64,000 bases of DNA, from positions 198,912 to 262,911 of the forward strand of contig NW_015160262.1 in the NCBI RefSeq assembly GCF_001447785.1, given 5' to 3'. Under the pieces are notes generated by a model, which was not told the origin of the DNA, did no database searches, and worked only from the letters and a program-made list of their open reading frames with translations. Shown here piece by piece: positions 47,981 through 60,510 of the stretch. Numbering within the stretch: position 1 is the stretch's first letter; each line of letters starts with the position of its first letter. Source of the stretch: Gekko japonicus (Eukaryota). The translations under genes and the position numbers were made by a program.

Positions 47981-49145
47981 TGACCTGTCTGACCAGATAT
48001 ACAATGCAGGTTGCAGCAATACAAAAATTTATTCATATGATAACACAATATACTGTACAAAGCCAAGCCAAGCTTGGGCTACATAAAGTTCTACAAAAAT
48101 GCAATACAACATCTATTTTAATATTTCACAAGTTAGCCATTTTTTTTTTTTACAAGTCTTCATTCGTTTTTTTTCCCCACCCTTTCCCCAACTTTGTGGT
48201 GCCCCCTATGGCCCTGGTGCCCTAAGCACGTGCTTAGTCTGCTTAATGGTTAATCCGCCCTTGCCTGCACCCTGTTCCGCCCCTGCTCTGTACTGTTATC
48301 AGAACGTCCTGAAAAGTCATAAAAGAACACATGCCAAAAGTGTCTTGTGGTGACATTCTGCAAGAGTAGCCTGAGGCATGTCGAACTGAGGAAAAAAGCC
48401 CACTGAGTTCCATTGGTCTTACCCTACAGTCAGTTCCCCTTTCCCAGATTGTTGTCTTATGATACCACAAGCTTTCCTGGAATCGAACCTGCTTTGTCAG
48501 CTGGCACAGCAAATCTGTTTACCTTTAAGATGATGCAAGCTTCCCTTTTAAAATTGTTTTTCAGTGGTGCAGTTACATAATTTAAGACTTCGGTCTTCAT
48601 AGTTTTGGAACAGGGCTTCAGATGGTAACGTATGCTTAAGATAGAAAGCTGCAAGCTACTTTGGAACACACTCTTCTGCTGAGCCCATGAGCCGGAGACT
48701 CAGACTTCCACCCCAAAGCACTGCTGGTGGTTTTGGTTGCACCAGACCAATACAGCTATCTCTCTGAAGTGTGTGTGTTCAAACATATTCTAGCCTTCCA
48801 AGTAGATGAAGTCCAAAACAATCTTGTTGCACTAAAAGAAGCTGGAGTCTAGTGGTAAGATTTTAAGTTTGGGATTAGAGCCCACTACCATGAAATTTTA
48901 TGCTGGAATAAAACCTAGCTAGTCTTCAAGGTGACACTAGATTCCTGTCTATTTTTGCAACAGCAGACTAACACACCTGTTCCTGTGGTAGGTTGAACTA
49001 AGCACTGTCCTCCTTTTGGCCCTTGATATCTGAAATTTGGTGATAAAGAGCCTAGGATTGTGTCACCAAGTTTTTTAAAAAAATTCTTCTGGCAAAGTTC
49101 TTGCGCCTTTATTTGTACGCATGACTGGAGAAGACTGGAGTATAC

Positions 49146-50116
49146 TGGTGTTGTGCTGGAAGACTGGAGAAGAGCTAATGTTGTCCCGATCTTCAAGAAG
49201 GGAAAAAAGGCAGACCCAGGAAATTACAGGCCTGTCAGTTTGACATCAATACCTGGGAAAATTCTAGAGCAGATTATTAAACGCTCTGTCTGTGAGCACC
49301 TTGAGCAGAATGAGTTAATTGGTAGTAGCCAGCATGGCTTTATCAAGAATAAGTCATGCCAGACCAACCTTATCTCCTTTTTTGACAGAGTTACTAAAAT
49401 GGTTGACTCTGGCAATGCTGTGGATATATCTAGATTTCAGTAAAGCATTTGACAAAGTTTCTCATGATATCCTTGAAGATATTCAAGTGTGGGCTGGATG
49501 GTGCAACCGTTGGATGGATTTATGGTTGGTTGAAAAATCGTACTCAACGAGTGTTTGTAAATGGCTCTGCGTCTACGTGGAAGGAAGTCTCGAGTGCAGT
49601 ACTGTGTCCAGTTTTGGGCACCACATTTTAGGAAGGATGTTGACAAGCTCAAGTGTGTCCAGAAGAGGGCAACCAGGATGGTGAGAGGGTTTGAATCCAA
49701 GTCTTATGAGGAAAGGCTGAAAGAGTTGGGTATGTTTAGCCTGGGAAAGAGAAGGCTTAGAGGGGACATGATTGTAGTCTTCAAGTATTTGAAGGGCTGT
49801 CATGTAGAAGATGGAGAAGATCTATTCTCTCTTGCTCCGGATTGCAAGACTAGATCTAATGGGTGGAAATTACAAGGGAGTTGTTATCAGCTAAATATCA
49901 GGAGAAACCTAACTGTAAGAGTGGTTGAGTAATGGAATAGTCTGCCTCGGGAGGTGGTGGATGCTCCTTCGCTGGACGTTTTCAAGCGGAGGCTGGACGA
50001 CCATCTTTCGGGTATGTTGTAGGGCTATCTTTCGGCTATGCTCCTGCAGAGTGCAGGGGGTTGGACTAGATGACCTGCAAGGTCCCTTCCAACTCTAACA
50101 TTCTATGATTCTATGA
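49146..50116 (+). mobile_element. decayed, internally deleted CR1 of a second subfamily
   Basis: EDWRRANVVPIFKKG...YRPVSL, YLDFSKAFDKV, YCVQFWAP fragments with frameshifts; ATTCTATG terminal repeats at about 50100-50116. Confidence 0.9.
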
Positions 50117-51410
50117 CTGAAGAGGTACACGCTGTGATAGTGAAGAGCTGTGCTGACTGAATTTCAGCCTGTCATGAGGCAGTTAAAAGGCATTAGAATA
50201 ATGTCAGATTAAAAAAAAAACAAAGTAGACAGCCTTATATACACTGCATTCACCTATCATGGGAGAAGAGACCTAGATCCTTGAATTCCTTAACCTTTTT
50301 CAAATAGCACCTGGGAGGCAAACAGACTTCCTGTGACAGAACTAGCGTTTGTGGGTATGTACTTCCTTTGTCAAATGTGTGAAGTGTTGTGTAGTCCGCT
50401 GAAGCCATAAGAAACCTGTTAGTCTTCACGGTGTCACAAGATACCTTGTTTTACTATCACGGACTGACATGACTGCACCTCTGGAATTTGTCACCAGGAA
50501 GTGAGGAAGCTTTCAAGTTCACCCAGACTTTTTCAGGCTGGATGTTGGGGCCCGCTGATGTGTTTCATAGTGCCTGTTTTTCTTGCTGTACCTCTTCCAG
50601 ATCCCTTCTATGCTCCTCCCAGTGCAGGGAGAGGGGGGAGCTCCTGCCACCTTCTAGGAATTCTAGGCAGCAGCCACCACTTGAAGAATAGCAAGTGCCT
50701 GAGCTCATAGCTTGGCTCTCTTGGTCTTCACTAGGAAGGCATGTTTGCTTGAAACTGCTTTGTCACTACAACAGCTCCACCGCCTGTCCAGATCCAAGAC
50801 TATCACAAAGGATGGGTTTACAAAAGACTGCAGTGGTACAGTCCTCATGGGACCTGATAGCTATTGCAACTTCCGGACATTGCTTTTACCAGGTTGGCAC
50901 CCAGCTTGGCACAACTGCTCCCCACTTGGTCTTCTAGCTCAGCATTGTCTGCTCTGACTGGAAGCAGCTCTCTGGGCCCCACCACCATCATCCATTCACC
51001 TCAGACCTGAATGGGAAATTCCAGTACTTCAGCTATCTGCACATGTTATCCCTATTTGTTTATGCATGGCTACATTTTTTTTATCATGGCCTTCCAATAT
51101 GCTCAGGGCAGGGCATGGTTCTCTCCTCTATTTTATCTACACAATAGCCCTGTGAAGTAGGTTAAGCTGAAAGAGAATGGCTGGCCTAGGGTCAGATCAC
51201 ATAGGTTTCCTAAGTACCATGGAGGCTTTTCCGCTTCTTTTCAAGTTGCAGCTGAAAACGCAGACCACCCCTTACATGTTTGAGTTGTGGCAGAAAAGAG
51301 GTTATGTTGTTACTGCAGTACTACTGGCTAATGATAGAAAATCCAAAATGGTCCGGTGATTGGGAAGTTATAAAACGATGATGATCAGCTTGTTCTTCCT
51401 TTTTTTCCAG

Positions 51411-51618
51411 TGGACAGAGCCCCCAGAAGCTATTGAACTCGTTAAGTCTCAAGACATCTGGATACCACCTCCTCAGTTTTATGAATTATGCAGACTCTGC
51501 AACTTCCCATCACTTCATGATCTGCATAGGTTTGGCTTTGAACGAGCCGCAGAGGGATGTGAACGGTGGATGTGTGTTCTGTTGACTGCGTCTGATGGCT
51601 ACATGCAGCTATTACCAG
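51411..51618 (+). CDS. NUDT19: NUDT19 exon 2: WTEPPEAIELVKSQDIWIPPPQFYELCRL...YMQLLP(G)
   Basis: tttttttccag|...|gtagat, 208 nt; conserved W.PPPQFYE motif. Confidence 0.95.
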
Positions 51619-52789
51619 GTAGATGAAAACGGGGTTTGGGTCAGCCGTTCATGTAGTGGTGGCATATTTGCAGTCTTTGGAATAGTCACCGCCAAGTTCC
51701 ATTGAATATTATTAGAATATGATTTGCAACCGATTCCCATGATGTGTTTTGTAACTTCCTAGTGAGGGATATATATTTCAAATTGCCTAGCATGGGTCAT
51801 TGTTACAGTCTCTGTGTAGATATGCTGGTGACCTCTGGCTGGCTTCTGAGTTGAATTGGCTTTCTATGAAATACTTGCTGAGACAAAGTGGTGGTTGTTC
51901 CTTCTTAAAGGGAACTGAAAATATTTAATTGTTGGTCTGCCCCAATTCTGAAACCAATGGGGGGCTCCTTGTAGTTAGTCGTGTTAAAATGTTGACGTCA
52001 GTATAAGGATTTCTATGAACTTGAGTATTTCCGTTCTGTTTTTTTCTTTTTTTGCCATGGGGTGGGAAGCAAGATGTTATCAACAGAGTTGCCTGGCTGA
52101 AGGCAGTTGATTGAAACTATAATTTTTAATTCTGCGTTATAGCAGGAGAGCAGGCAGCTGCAGCTTCTGCCCATTTCTACATCCCTCATCACCCTAATTT
52201 TGCTTATGCTTATAGCAACTGGGCTGCAGGTATCTCACACAGCAGGGAGATCAGCAAGATAAAATGTCCAGGACGGGTCATAGCAGAAATAGGGTGGGAG
52301 AAGTTGTGCTTCATCAAAGAATATAATTATACAGTGTCAGTCCCCAGGTTGCAGCTAAGGTTGCCAACTGCAACTTGGGAAATTCCTGGAGATCTTGGGG
52401 TGGACCCTAGGGAAGGTGGAGTAGGGGGGTGAGGGGAGCTCAGTTTGGATGTAGTGCAATAGAGTCCACCCTCCAAAGCTGACATTTCTCCGAGAGGAAC
52501 TGATCTCTGGAGGGTGGAAACTATTGTTGCAACTGATCACTAAAATAAGTAACTGTGCTTGTTCTCCATTTGGGGTTCTGCAGCATGTCATGAATTACCA
52601 TGCACTTCATTTAACTGGGATTCATTTTTCTTTATGTAGTTCTATTGCTTTTAGTAATGTCAGCCATGGGTAAAGCTAAGCAACAGTAAGTGCACTTTGA
52701 AGGTTGCTCCTGATTTTTCCCATCTTTAATTCAGTGTTGTAAGCTTTGACAGAGAGATAGGATAATGCCCAGTGTACTGCAGTCCTAGA

Positions 52790-53043
52790 ATCTAGAATTC
52801 AAATCCGAGTGTGATTCCCCACTCTTCCATTTACACCTGGCTGGATGGCCTTGGGCAAACCGTAGCTCTGATAAGAGCTGTTCTTGAAAAAGAGCAGTTT
52901 CTGTCAAGAGCTCTCTGAGCCCCGCCTACCTCACAGGGTGTCTGTTGTGGGGAGGGGAAGGGAAAGGAGTTTGTTAGCTGCTCTGAGACATCTTTGGGTA
53001 GTGAAGGGTGGGGTATAAATCCAATCTCTTCTTCATCATCATC
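52790..53043 (+). mobile_element. Squam3-type SINE
   Basis: Family core and tail GGGTATAAATCCAATCTCTTCTTC. Confidence 0.75.
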
Positions 53044-53223
53044 TTATGTAGGGAGAGTGGAGGCCTCTATAACAGATACTGTCTTAAACTCAGTTTTGGT
53101 TAACAAGCTAACACTAGTATTTGATATCAAAATAGCTAAAAGGTGCTAGATGTACTTAAAAGGTAGATCTCTGAAATATAAAATATTATATATAATTTAA
53201 AACGAATACATTATATTTTATAG

Positions 53224-53459
53224 GCGATGAACTATATCCTGAAGATCCGGATTTTACGGGAGAAAGAAAACCAGCATTATCAACAAATAAAAAGATTGAA
53301 GATGTCTTGAAAGAAGCCACTAGGCTTCACCGGATAGTAATACGAGACCTTAATAATGTTACAGTTCATGTTAATATCCCGCCCAAATATAAACATATCA
53401 ATCCACTGCCACTGAACTCTAAAATGGGAAACACTTCAAATTGCGGTAGCAGATTATAG
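53224..53459 (+). CDS. NUDT19: NUDT19 exon 3 ending ...NCGSRL-stop (PTS1 peroxisomal signal)
   Basis: atag|GC GAT GAA CTA TAT CCT (GDELYPEDPDFTGE), RLHRIV and PKYKH motifs, TAG at 53457-53459. Confidence 0.95.
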
Positions 53460-54183
53460 CATTATTTTTGCCATTGACGTTTCCAAAAGGGTTTACATAT
53501 TCTTTATTTTAAAGTGGCACATATGAGAGATACCAAATAGGCTTTCCCAGTGGGGTTCAGATCTTGCCAGAGAACGTATGTTTTGGGAATAGCAATAATT
53601 AAAATGTTCTTGTGCCACTTTATATACCTCAGGTCTGATATCACTGATATAAGGCTTCAGTCTGAGTAATTATTTCTCTATGAATTTCTTTGCAAATGTG
53701 CCAATTCTGCAGTAGAGACATCTGTCTACTAAGTACTTGACCTTAATTTACACGTTTATGAATTTGGGACATTGACAAGCCTGTTGGACGGTATTAGACC
53801 ATGACCGACTTTGGCCATTTGTCAATTCCTGGTTGAGCCGAAGTCCCTCACTATCAATGTAGCTCAGCATCTTGGAACAATTCCATTTTTTTCCTTAAAA
53901 AGGTAGGCTCACTGTTTTTTAAATAGAAACCCCACCGAATTGCCTCTAAATAACTGTGTTTAAGATTGTAGATATATGCTACAATCTTGTAAGCACAACT
54001 GATTTTTATTAATTATACTCAGTTCAGAAGTTGTACTTCTGGAACATATTTAATTGGTGCATTAACACGCTAGTGCTGCCAACACTTCATTGGATAAATT
54101 CAGTTGTGTGATGGGGCTTTCAGTTTGGAATGTTAACCGTGCATTTAAGCTACCTGTTTTGCTAACTATTTATTTGTCTTAAA

Positions 54184-54189
54184 AATAAA
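54184..54189 (+). terminator. candidate polyadenylation signal of NUDT19
   Basis: AATAAA about 725 nt after the stop, followed by a GT/T-rich tract. Confidence 0.55.
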
Positions 54190-54259
54190 TATTTTCAGCA
54201 AACTTGTTTGGTTTCATTGGTGCTAGTAATCTTTTCAGACTAAGAATGCCTTTCAAATT

Positions 54260-54491
54260 ATTTATTTAGATACATACTCCACGTCTGCCCCACCTCTCTC
54301 CATTAGAGATCCTAAGCAGCTGACATAATTCTCCCCTCCTCCATTTTATCCTCACAAAACCCCTGTGAGGTAGGTTAGGCTGAGAGAGTGACTGGCCCAA
54401 GGCCACCCAACAAGCTTTCGTGGCAGAGTAGGGATTTGAACCTGGGTCTCCCAGATCCTGGCCTGACACTCTATCCTGCATTCCACACTGG
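54260..54491 (-). mobile_element. Squam3/MIR-like SINE
   Basis: Reverse complement of the family at 5608-5838. Confidence 0.75.
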
Positions 54492-56197
54492 TATGGTGGA
54501 TCAGTCTCCTCACACTCAGTGATGAGAGTGGAGAAACTTTTCTGCACACCCTTACACCAAGGGTGTAATACACCAATATTTGTATTGCTTTTACACAAAT
54601 GATGCCCATTTTATTGACTAGCATTCCAATAAAATCATAGAAGATATATTTTCTCCTCTCTGTAATAAAAATAAAATTTCTTACGATCTCTTTATCAGAG
54701 TAAGCAAATTGAAATGGAAAAGGGAGTGGCTGAAGAAGAAAAGATAAAGCCAGAGGAGGGGCCAAATGTAAGGGGTGTGGTTAGAGCAAAAAGAGCGTGC
54801 CAAAGGGGGCCCAGGTATACTCTATTGCCTAGGACTCACACAACCCTAGCACCAGCTCTGCCTAGTATTTAGTACTATGTGGACTTTGCTTTGCTTTCTT
54901 CCTGTATCCCTAGCTATGGATTTGAAGTGAAGAAAAGACTAGAGATACTTGTGATATGAGAAAGAATTTATTTTTAAAATTATACTTCACAGGATTGCAT
55001 TTTAGGGATTGGAAGAAGTTATAGGAATATGCTTTATTTCTGTTGTGCAGAGGGTTCAGAAGATCACACAGTAATTGCATACAACATTGCGCCAGTCTAA
55101 GAGCATTGAAATCAATGTGTAATTGTTGGAGTAACTCTGAGGAAGGGAGCTTTAACTCTCAACACTGTATAACCTGGAAATCTTGTTGGTCCTTAAGATG
55201 CTACTGATAGTGCACTTGAATCTTGCTATTCTGCAGACCAACAAGGCTACCCACCTGTAACTATCTGCATAGGAATGACTGTTATTTAACCAGGTCAATG
55301 TTCAAATGTTGCAATGGGGTTCAGAATATAAAGTGCCTTTTTAGGGAACACAGTAGACTGCTTTAATGTAAAACAATGACAAAAAAATGCACTATTTCTT
55401 GAGTGACTATTGTAGCAGGTGTACTGATGGTCAGCAATATTTCAGACCATGCTGTTGTCAAGATCAGTAAATGATAATACTCTAAAAACAGGCATATAAT
55501 TGATTTTTTTCCAAGATCAGTAGGCAGTTTTATGCTTTAAAACAAATGGACTTTTATTAAAAATCTTATTTTCTTAAATCTGATTCAGTGGGAGTATATT
55601 TCACTTTGTTTAATCAAGAAAGGATTCTTGGTTGGGTTTTAAAAATTTTATTTCTCAGTATGCTGTTCCAAGATCAGTTCATTTTTAAATGGGGAGCCTG
55701 GATCTAGTCCAGTGATGAGGGCTATCATCCACAAATGATTATTTCAGGTGGAATCTGATAGTCTTTAAGGGCATAAAACAATTGTTTTAACCCTCTTCCA
55801 GTGACGCCCTTCTCCCATGACTGGGTTCTGAAAAACTTTTGGGACTTGCGTGAAATCAACCTGAGGTGTGCCGGTTTCAATGCCCTTCGCATTTTCTGAT
55901 CAGATTTGAATTGCAATGTCTAGTCCTGCACTTCGTGGCCCCTTGAATCCTACGTTATATGACTACACAGCGAAGTCCCACTCACGTCATGTGAAGAAGC
56001 GAGCTCTAAGCAAGTCAAAAATTTAAACTGCGACAAAACGTTATTCTTTATTCTGCCACAGAACCACCGTTCAACTCAATAGCCTCCCCAACCCGGTCCG
56101 CATTCGTCCGTTTAAACTTAACGCATGCTCGGTAAAGGCAATCTCGACCCCCTGGAACAAACCAGAGGATACGGTTTACACAGAGATAGGAGCCTCG

Positions 56198-56510
56198 CTG
56201 TGGCTCAAGTGGTTAAGACGCTGAACTGCAGGCTGTGGAAGGTCGGTAGTTCAGCAGTTCGCGACCCGAGTGTGCCGCATGACGGAGTGAGCTCCCATCT
56301 CTAGTTCCAGCTCCTGCCAACCTAGCAGTTCGAAAGCAAGAAATTGCAAGTGGGAAGGTAACAGCGTTCCGTGCGCCTTGGTCATGCCGGCCACATGACC
56401 ACGGAAACGTCTTCGGACAGCGCTGGCTCTTCGACTTTGAAACGGAGATGAGCACCGTAACCCTAGAGTCGGATTCGACTGGCTTTCGAGCAAGGGAACC
56501 TTTACCTTTT
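56198..56510 (+). mobile_element. Sauria SINE with 11-bp TSD TAGGAGCCTCG
   Basis: TSD at 56187-56197 and 56511-56521; family core with a small internal deletion. Confidence 0.92.
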
Positions 56511-56521
56511 TAGGAGCCTCG

Positions 56522-57460
56522 TGACGAGGGCTTCAGTGGCTTTAAAAAAGCACTCTCGCTGCGCAGGCGTTAAACCTTTGGAGGGGGAAGAAAACGAATT
56601 TCATTTTACACCGGAAGTGTTGAGTCGTCCTAGGGTTCCCCCCCTCCCAATCTCTATGGGGAAGTGTCTCTTCGCGCTGGAAAGGCACTGAGCATGCGCG
56701 AGAGAAAGCGCCGTGGGTAGCGTGTGGCGCGCGAGGAAAGGGTGAGGAGGCGTCGGTCGCGGTAGGGGAGGGAATGGCCGTTGGTGGGTGGGAGAAACCG
56801 TCATTTGGAGTAGGTGAGGGGTGTGTCCCCTCCCCCACATATAGAGGATAGGAAATTCTGGCCCTGCTGCATTATAAAAGAAAAGTTCAGCGGTCCCTTG
56901 AAGCGTGAGCTTTCCTATGGCAGCTCCCTCAGACGTGAGCCCGTGTTGGAATAAATGTTGGTAGTCTTTAAAGGTGTCGGTTTGGGTTGCCAACTTCTAG
57001 GTAGAACCTGGAGATCTCACAGCGCTGTAGGTAGGTGATTTTCAAAGGGGGGCACTGGATGGAGGGGGGGGGAGATAAATGGAGGCGCGCGCAACGGNNN
57101 NNNNNNNGCGGGAGGGGGGGGGGGGGAGAAGAAGGGAGGCGCGCGCAACGGTGGAGAAAGGGAGGGGAGGGGCTGGCTGGGTTGCGCGCGCGCGCATAAG
57201 GGCTCCTACCCCCCCTCCCCCCCTCCCCAATCCGCCTGAAAGAGCGGGAAAGGCGCCGCTCAGGCGTCTCCCCTCAGTTGAGGCACGGAAGGGGCAGATG
57301 CGATACCCACCAACCGCCACTCTCCACTGGCCATGCTGGCTGGCCGGGGTCAGGTGGGACGCGCCCGCAAAGGCAGGCTCCACGGATGTGGGGAAGGGGG
57401 CGGTGCCTTGCCTTAGCGCCCCCCAGCAAAGGAGGGAGGAGCCTTTACCTGAGCCACGCT
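56522..57460 (+). promoter_or_regulatory. CpG island, putative TDRD12 promoter and non-coding first exon
   Basis: CpG-rich; NRF1-like TGCGCAGGCG at 56560 and GCATGCGCG at 56692, ETS-type CCGGAAGTG at 56611, MYB-type CAACGG sites, candidate donor TAG|gtgagg at 56813/56814. Confidence 0.65.
57098..57107. other. assembly gap (10 N) in the TDRD12 CpG island
   Basis: N run between two similar G-rich motifs. Confidence 0.98.
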
Positions 57461-58078
57461 AGAGCTGCCACCACCCGTTCACCATACCTTTATGCCACTG
57501 CACTTTGGGTGACATTGGTGGTTTTAAGTTGTTATGTGAACCTTAAGGGAGTTATGGGACAGTTGTGAATGGTATGTGAGTGTATATGAATATTGTTGTA
57601 GATCACCGAAATGATTGCATCTTTAATTTCGTTGTACTATGTACAATGACAATAAAAATAAAGTACATTATTATTATTACTTGGTGTGGCTCCTGAGATG
57701 AACCAAGAATGGGATGCCTGGAACCAGCCCCAGGGCTCCCTCCGCCTCCTGGGGGAGGGGGGGCATGGCACATTCATGTGGGGGCGTGGGCCCCCTGGGG
57801 GCCCTGCTCCCCAGAAAGTGCCCACAAACCTTCCAGAATTTCCCAAATTCCTGAAGGAACCTCTGATCTCCAGGCTACAGAGATCAGTTCTCCTGGAGAA
57901 AACGACAGCTTTAGAGCGTGGACTCTATGGCATTATACCTGACAGAGATTCCTGCCCTCCCCAGGGTCCACCTCCAAACTTGCAGGAATTTCCCCAACCT
58001 AGATTTGGGAACCCTAGACTGACTGGACATTTGTTTGATTTTGCTATGACACTCTAATACCCTCTGCAACCTCTAGAC

Positions 58079-58515
58079 CAGGGGTGGCCAAACTGTGACT
58101 CGGGAGCTGCATGTGGCTCTTTCACACATATAGTGTGGCTCCTGGCAGGCTCCCCATCTGTTTGCTTTCTTTGTTTCTTTCTCTCTCTTCCTTTCTGTAT
58201 CTCTTCCTTCCCCTCCCTCCCCCATCTATTTGCTTTCTTTAGCTTTCTCTTTCTTTCTTTCCATCTCTTTCATTCTTTCTTTCCATCTCTCTCTCTTAGA
58301 CAAATAAATATCATTAGCAAACAAATATCAGTATAAATATCTATTTTTGCCCCTTTTGTTTTTATTTTTGGCAGTCTCATTTAATGCTAATAAAAAGCAA
58401 ATGTTCATATTTCTCAATAAAAAGTGTGTGCGATACTTGTTCATGTCTTGCGGCTCTCAAACACCTGAGGTTTATTCTGTGTGACTCTTACGTTAAGTAA
58501 GTTTGGCTACCCCTG
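58079..58515. mobile_element. hAT-Charlie-like MITE
   Basis: TIRs CAGGGGTGGCCAAAC / GTTTGGCTACCCCTG; perfect TSD CTCTAGAC. Confidence 0.88.
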
Positions 58516-58528
58516 CTCTAGACGATCG

Positions 58529-58648
58529 TCCACCAAGGATTTCAGGCCCAAGATCCTAATTATTAACCTATGAAATTGCCTTATCCACCAAGGATTTCAG
58601 GCCCAAGATCATTTTAAATCCTAATTATTAACCTATGAAATTGCCTTA
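58529..58648. repeat. 55/65-bp tandem duplication
   Basis: TCCACCAAGGATTTCAGGCCCAAGATC...CTAATTATTAACCTATGAAATTGCCTTA twice, differing by a 10-bp indel. Confidence 0.9.
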
Positions 58649-58984
58649 AACCGAATCAGACCATTGTGGATCAGTATTGTCTTCTCTGCCTGACAGCAGC
58701 TAACTCTCCAGGATCTTGGACAAAGAAGGGTCTTTCCCCTAGCATCTGCTACCTAGAGTTGCCAGCTCTGGTTTGGGACATTTCTGAAAATTTGTGGGCA
58801 CTCTCTGGGGAGGGCAGAGTGTGGGGGAGGAAGCTCAGCAGGGATGAGATGCCGTGGAGTCATCCCTCTGGAACTGCTGTTTCTTGCAGGATATCTGGTG
58901 TCTGAAGATCAGCTGTAATTCTGGGAGAACTCCAGGCCCCACATGGAGGTTGGCATCCCTACCTGAGGTCTGTTACCTGGAGAT

Positions 58985-60210
58985 TTATTGTATTTATTTA
59001 TTAACAAAATATATAACCCATCTTTCTGCCCTCACAAGGACCACCAACACAGCTAACAATTTAAAACATACTTGATAAGATCACATTTTAAAACCATTAA
59101 AATCAACCCCCCTCAACACGCATCACTAAAAGAAATTTAAAACAAAATTAAAATACGTACAAAGACATAGAAACAGCAGTTAAAACATTGGTCAGGGAAG
59201 AGGGATCACTGAGAGGAAGCCAAACAAAATTGAAGAAGTATTAACCCCCTGGCAGAAGATGACAGCAGAAGGGAACAGACGAATCTCCCTGGGGAGAGAG
59301 TTCCAGAACTTTGGTGTCATGCTCAAGAAGGCCCTCTTCCAGGTTGCCACCCGCCTAACCTCAGAGGGCAGGAGCACCCAAACCAGGGCTTCCAAAGATG
59401 ACTACGGTGGTCAGGCAGATTCATATGTGATTAGGTTGGTCCCAGACCATATAGGGCTTTGAAGGTCAAGACCACCCCCTTGACTTGTTCTTGACAGCAA
59501 ATTAGGAACCAGTGAGATGGGCCAATATTGTAGCAAATGAAGTTTCTGAACACTTCTCAAGGACAGTCCTGCGTAGAGCACATTGCAGTTATCTAATCTA
59601 CACGTAACCAGGTTGTGCACCACAGTGGCCAGAACTTTTCTGCCCAGGGAAGCCACAGCTGGCTAACCAGCTGAAGCTGGCAAAAGACACTCCTAGCCAC
59701 AGCTGCCATCTATGTATCCAGTAGTAGGTCTGGTTCCAAGAGCACCCCCAGACTATAGACCTGTTCCTTCAAGGGGAATGCACCCCATCCGGAATAGGTG
59801 ACTCCTTAAATCTTGGGTTAGATCTTCTGCCCACCTGTAACACTTCTATTTTGTAGAGATTAAGCCTCAGTTTATTAGCCATATCCACTCCAGAACTGCC
59901 TCCAGGCACCGGTTCAGGGTTTCTATAACCTTCCTGGGATCATCTGGAAGTGTGAGATGGAGCTGACAGTTATGCATGTTGGTGACAAACCTAGCCCAAA
60001 CCTCTGGGTGACCTTACCCAGCAGTTTCATGCAGATGTTAAAGAGCATACGGGACAAAGTATAACGTTATGGAACCTCAGAGGCCAAGGGGCTGAGCAGC
60101 AGCCCCCAACACCATCTTCTGAAGCCTTCCAGATAGGACCGGAACCACCACAGAATGGTCCCTCCGAAGCCCAGCTTGCCGTAGCACCACTGGGCTATAT
60201 AGAGTACCCA
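58985..60210 (-). mobile_element. L2-type LINE fragment
   Basis: VVHNLVTCRLDNCNVLYAGL...QKL and RAFLSMTPKFWNSLP peptides; decayed. Confidence 0.75.
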
Positions 60211-60510
60211 TCCATGCAAGGATAGGAAATGAATTAAGCATGCTTTTCCAGGAGGAAGGAAGGGAAGAGGAGCCTCTTGTAAGGGTAGGTCTCTTTCAGG
60301 CCACCGTAGCTCAGGATCGCCGATGAACTGCGAGCCATTAAGCTGGGAAACTAGTTTAGTTAGGTCCTGTTCCCCTTTGTTGGTGCAAGTAATTAACACA
60401 CAAGTTTCCCCTTCCTCTATTTTCCAAATAAACTTAATCTTTTTATTTAAGAGAGCCTTTGTCATTCCCAGATCACTTAAATACAGAAGGCCTGGATTCC
60501 GTGTATGACA
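60210..60510 (+). mobile_element. possible solo-LTR 3' fragment
   Basis: AATAAA followed by U5-like sequence ending TGACA at 60510; abuts the L2 fragment; no TSD found. Confidence 0.35.

Larger units (their letters stand above)
44504..48263. mobile_element. hAT-type MITE split by the CR1 insertion (arms about 44504-44578 and 47981-48263)
   Basis: TIRs CAGGGGCAGATTAA / TTAATCCGCCCTTG (12/14 match) and perfect 8-bp TSD CCTGCACC at 44496-44503 and 48264-48271. Confidence 0.85.

Noticed and set aside
56956-56974. ATG TTG GTA GTC TTT AAA G|gt as the TDRD12 first coding exon
   Set aside because: Phase 1 is incompatible with the phase-0 exon at 62099 and the donor is weak; 61946-61969 fits in length, phase and sequence.
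57051-57155. Duplicated G-rich GGAGGCGCGCGCAACGG motif as a real tandem repeat or G-quadruplex module
   Set aside because: The two copies flank a 10-N gap, so copy number and even the duplication may be an assembly artefact.
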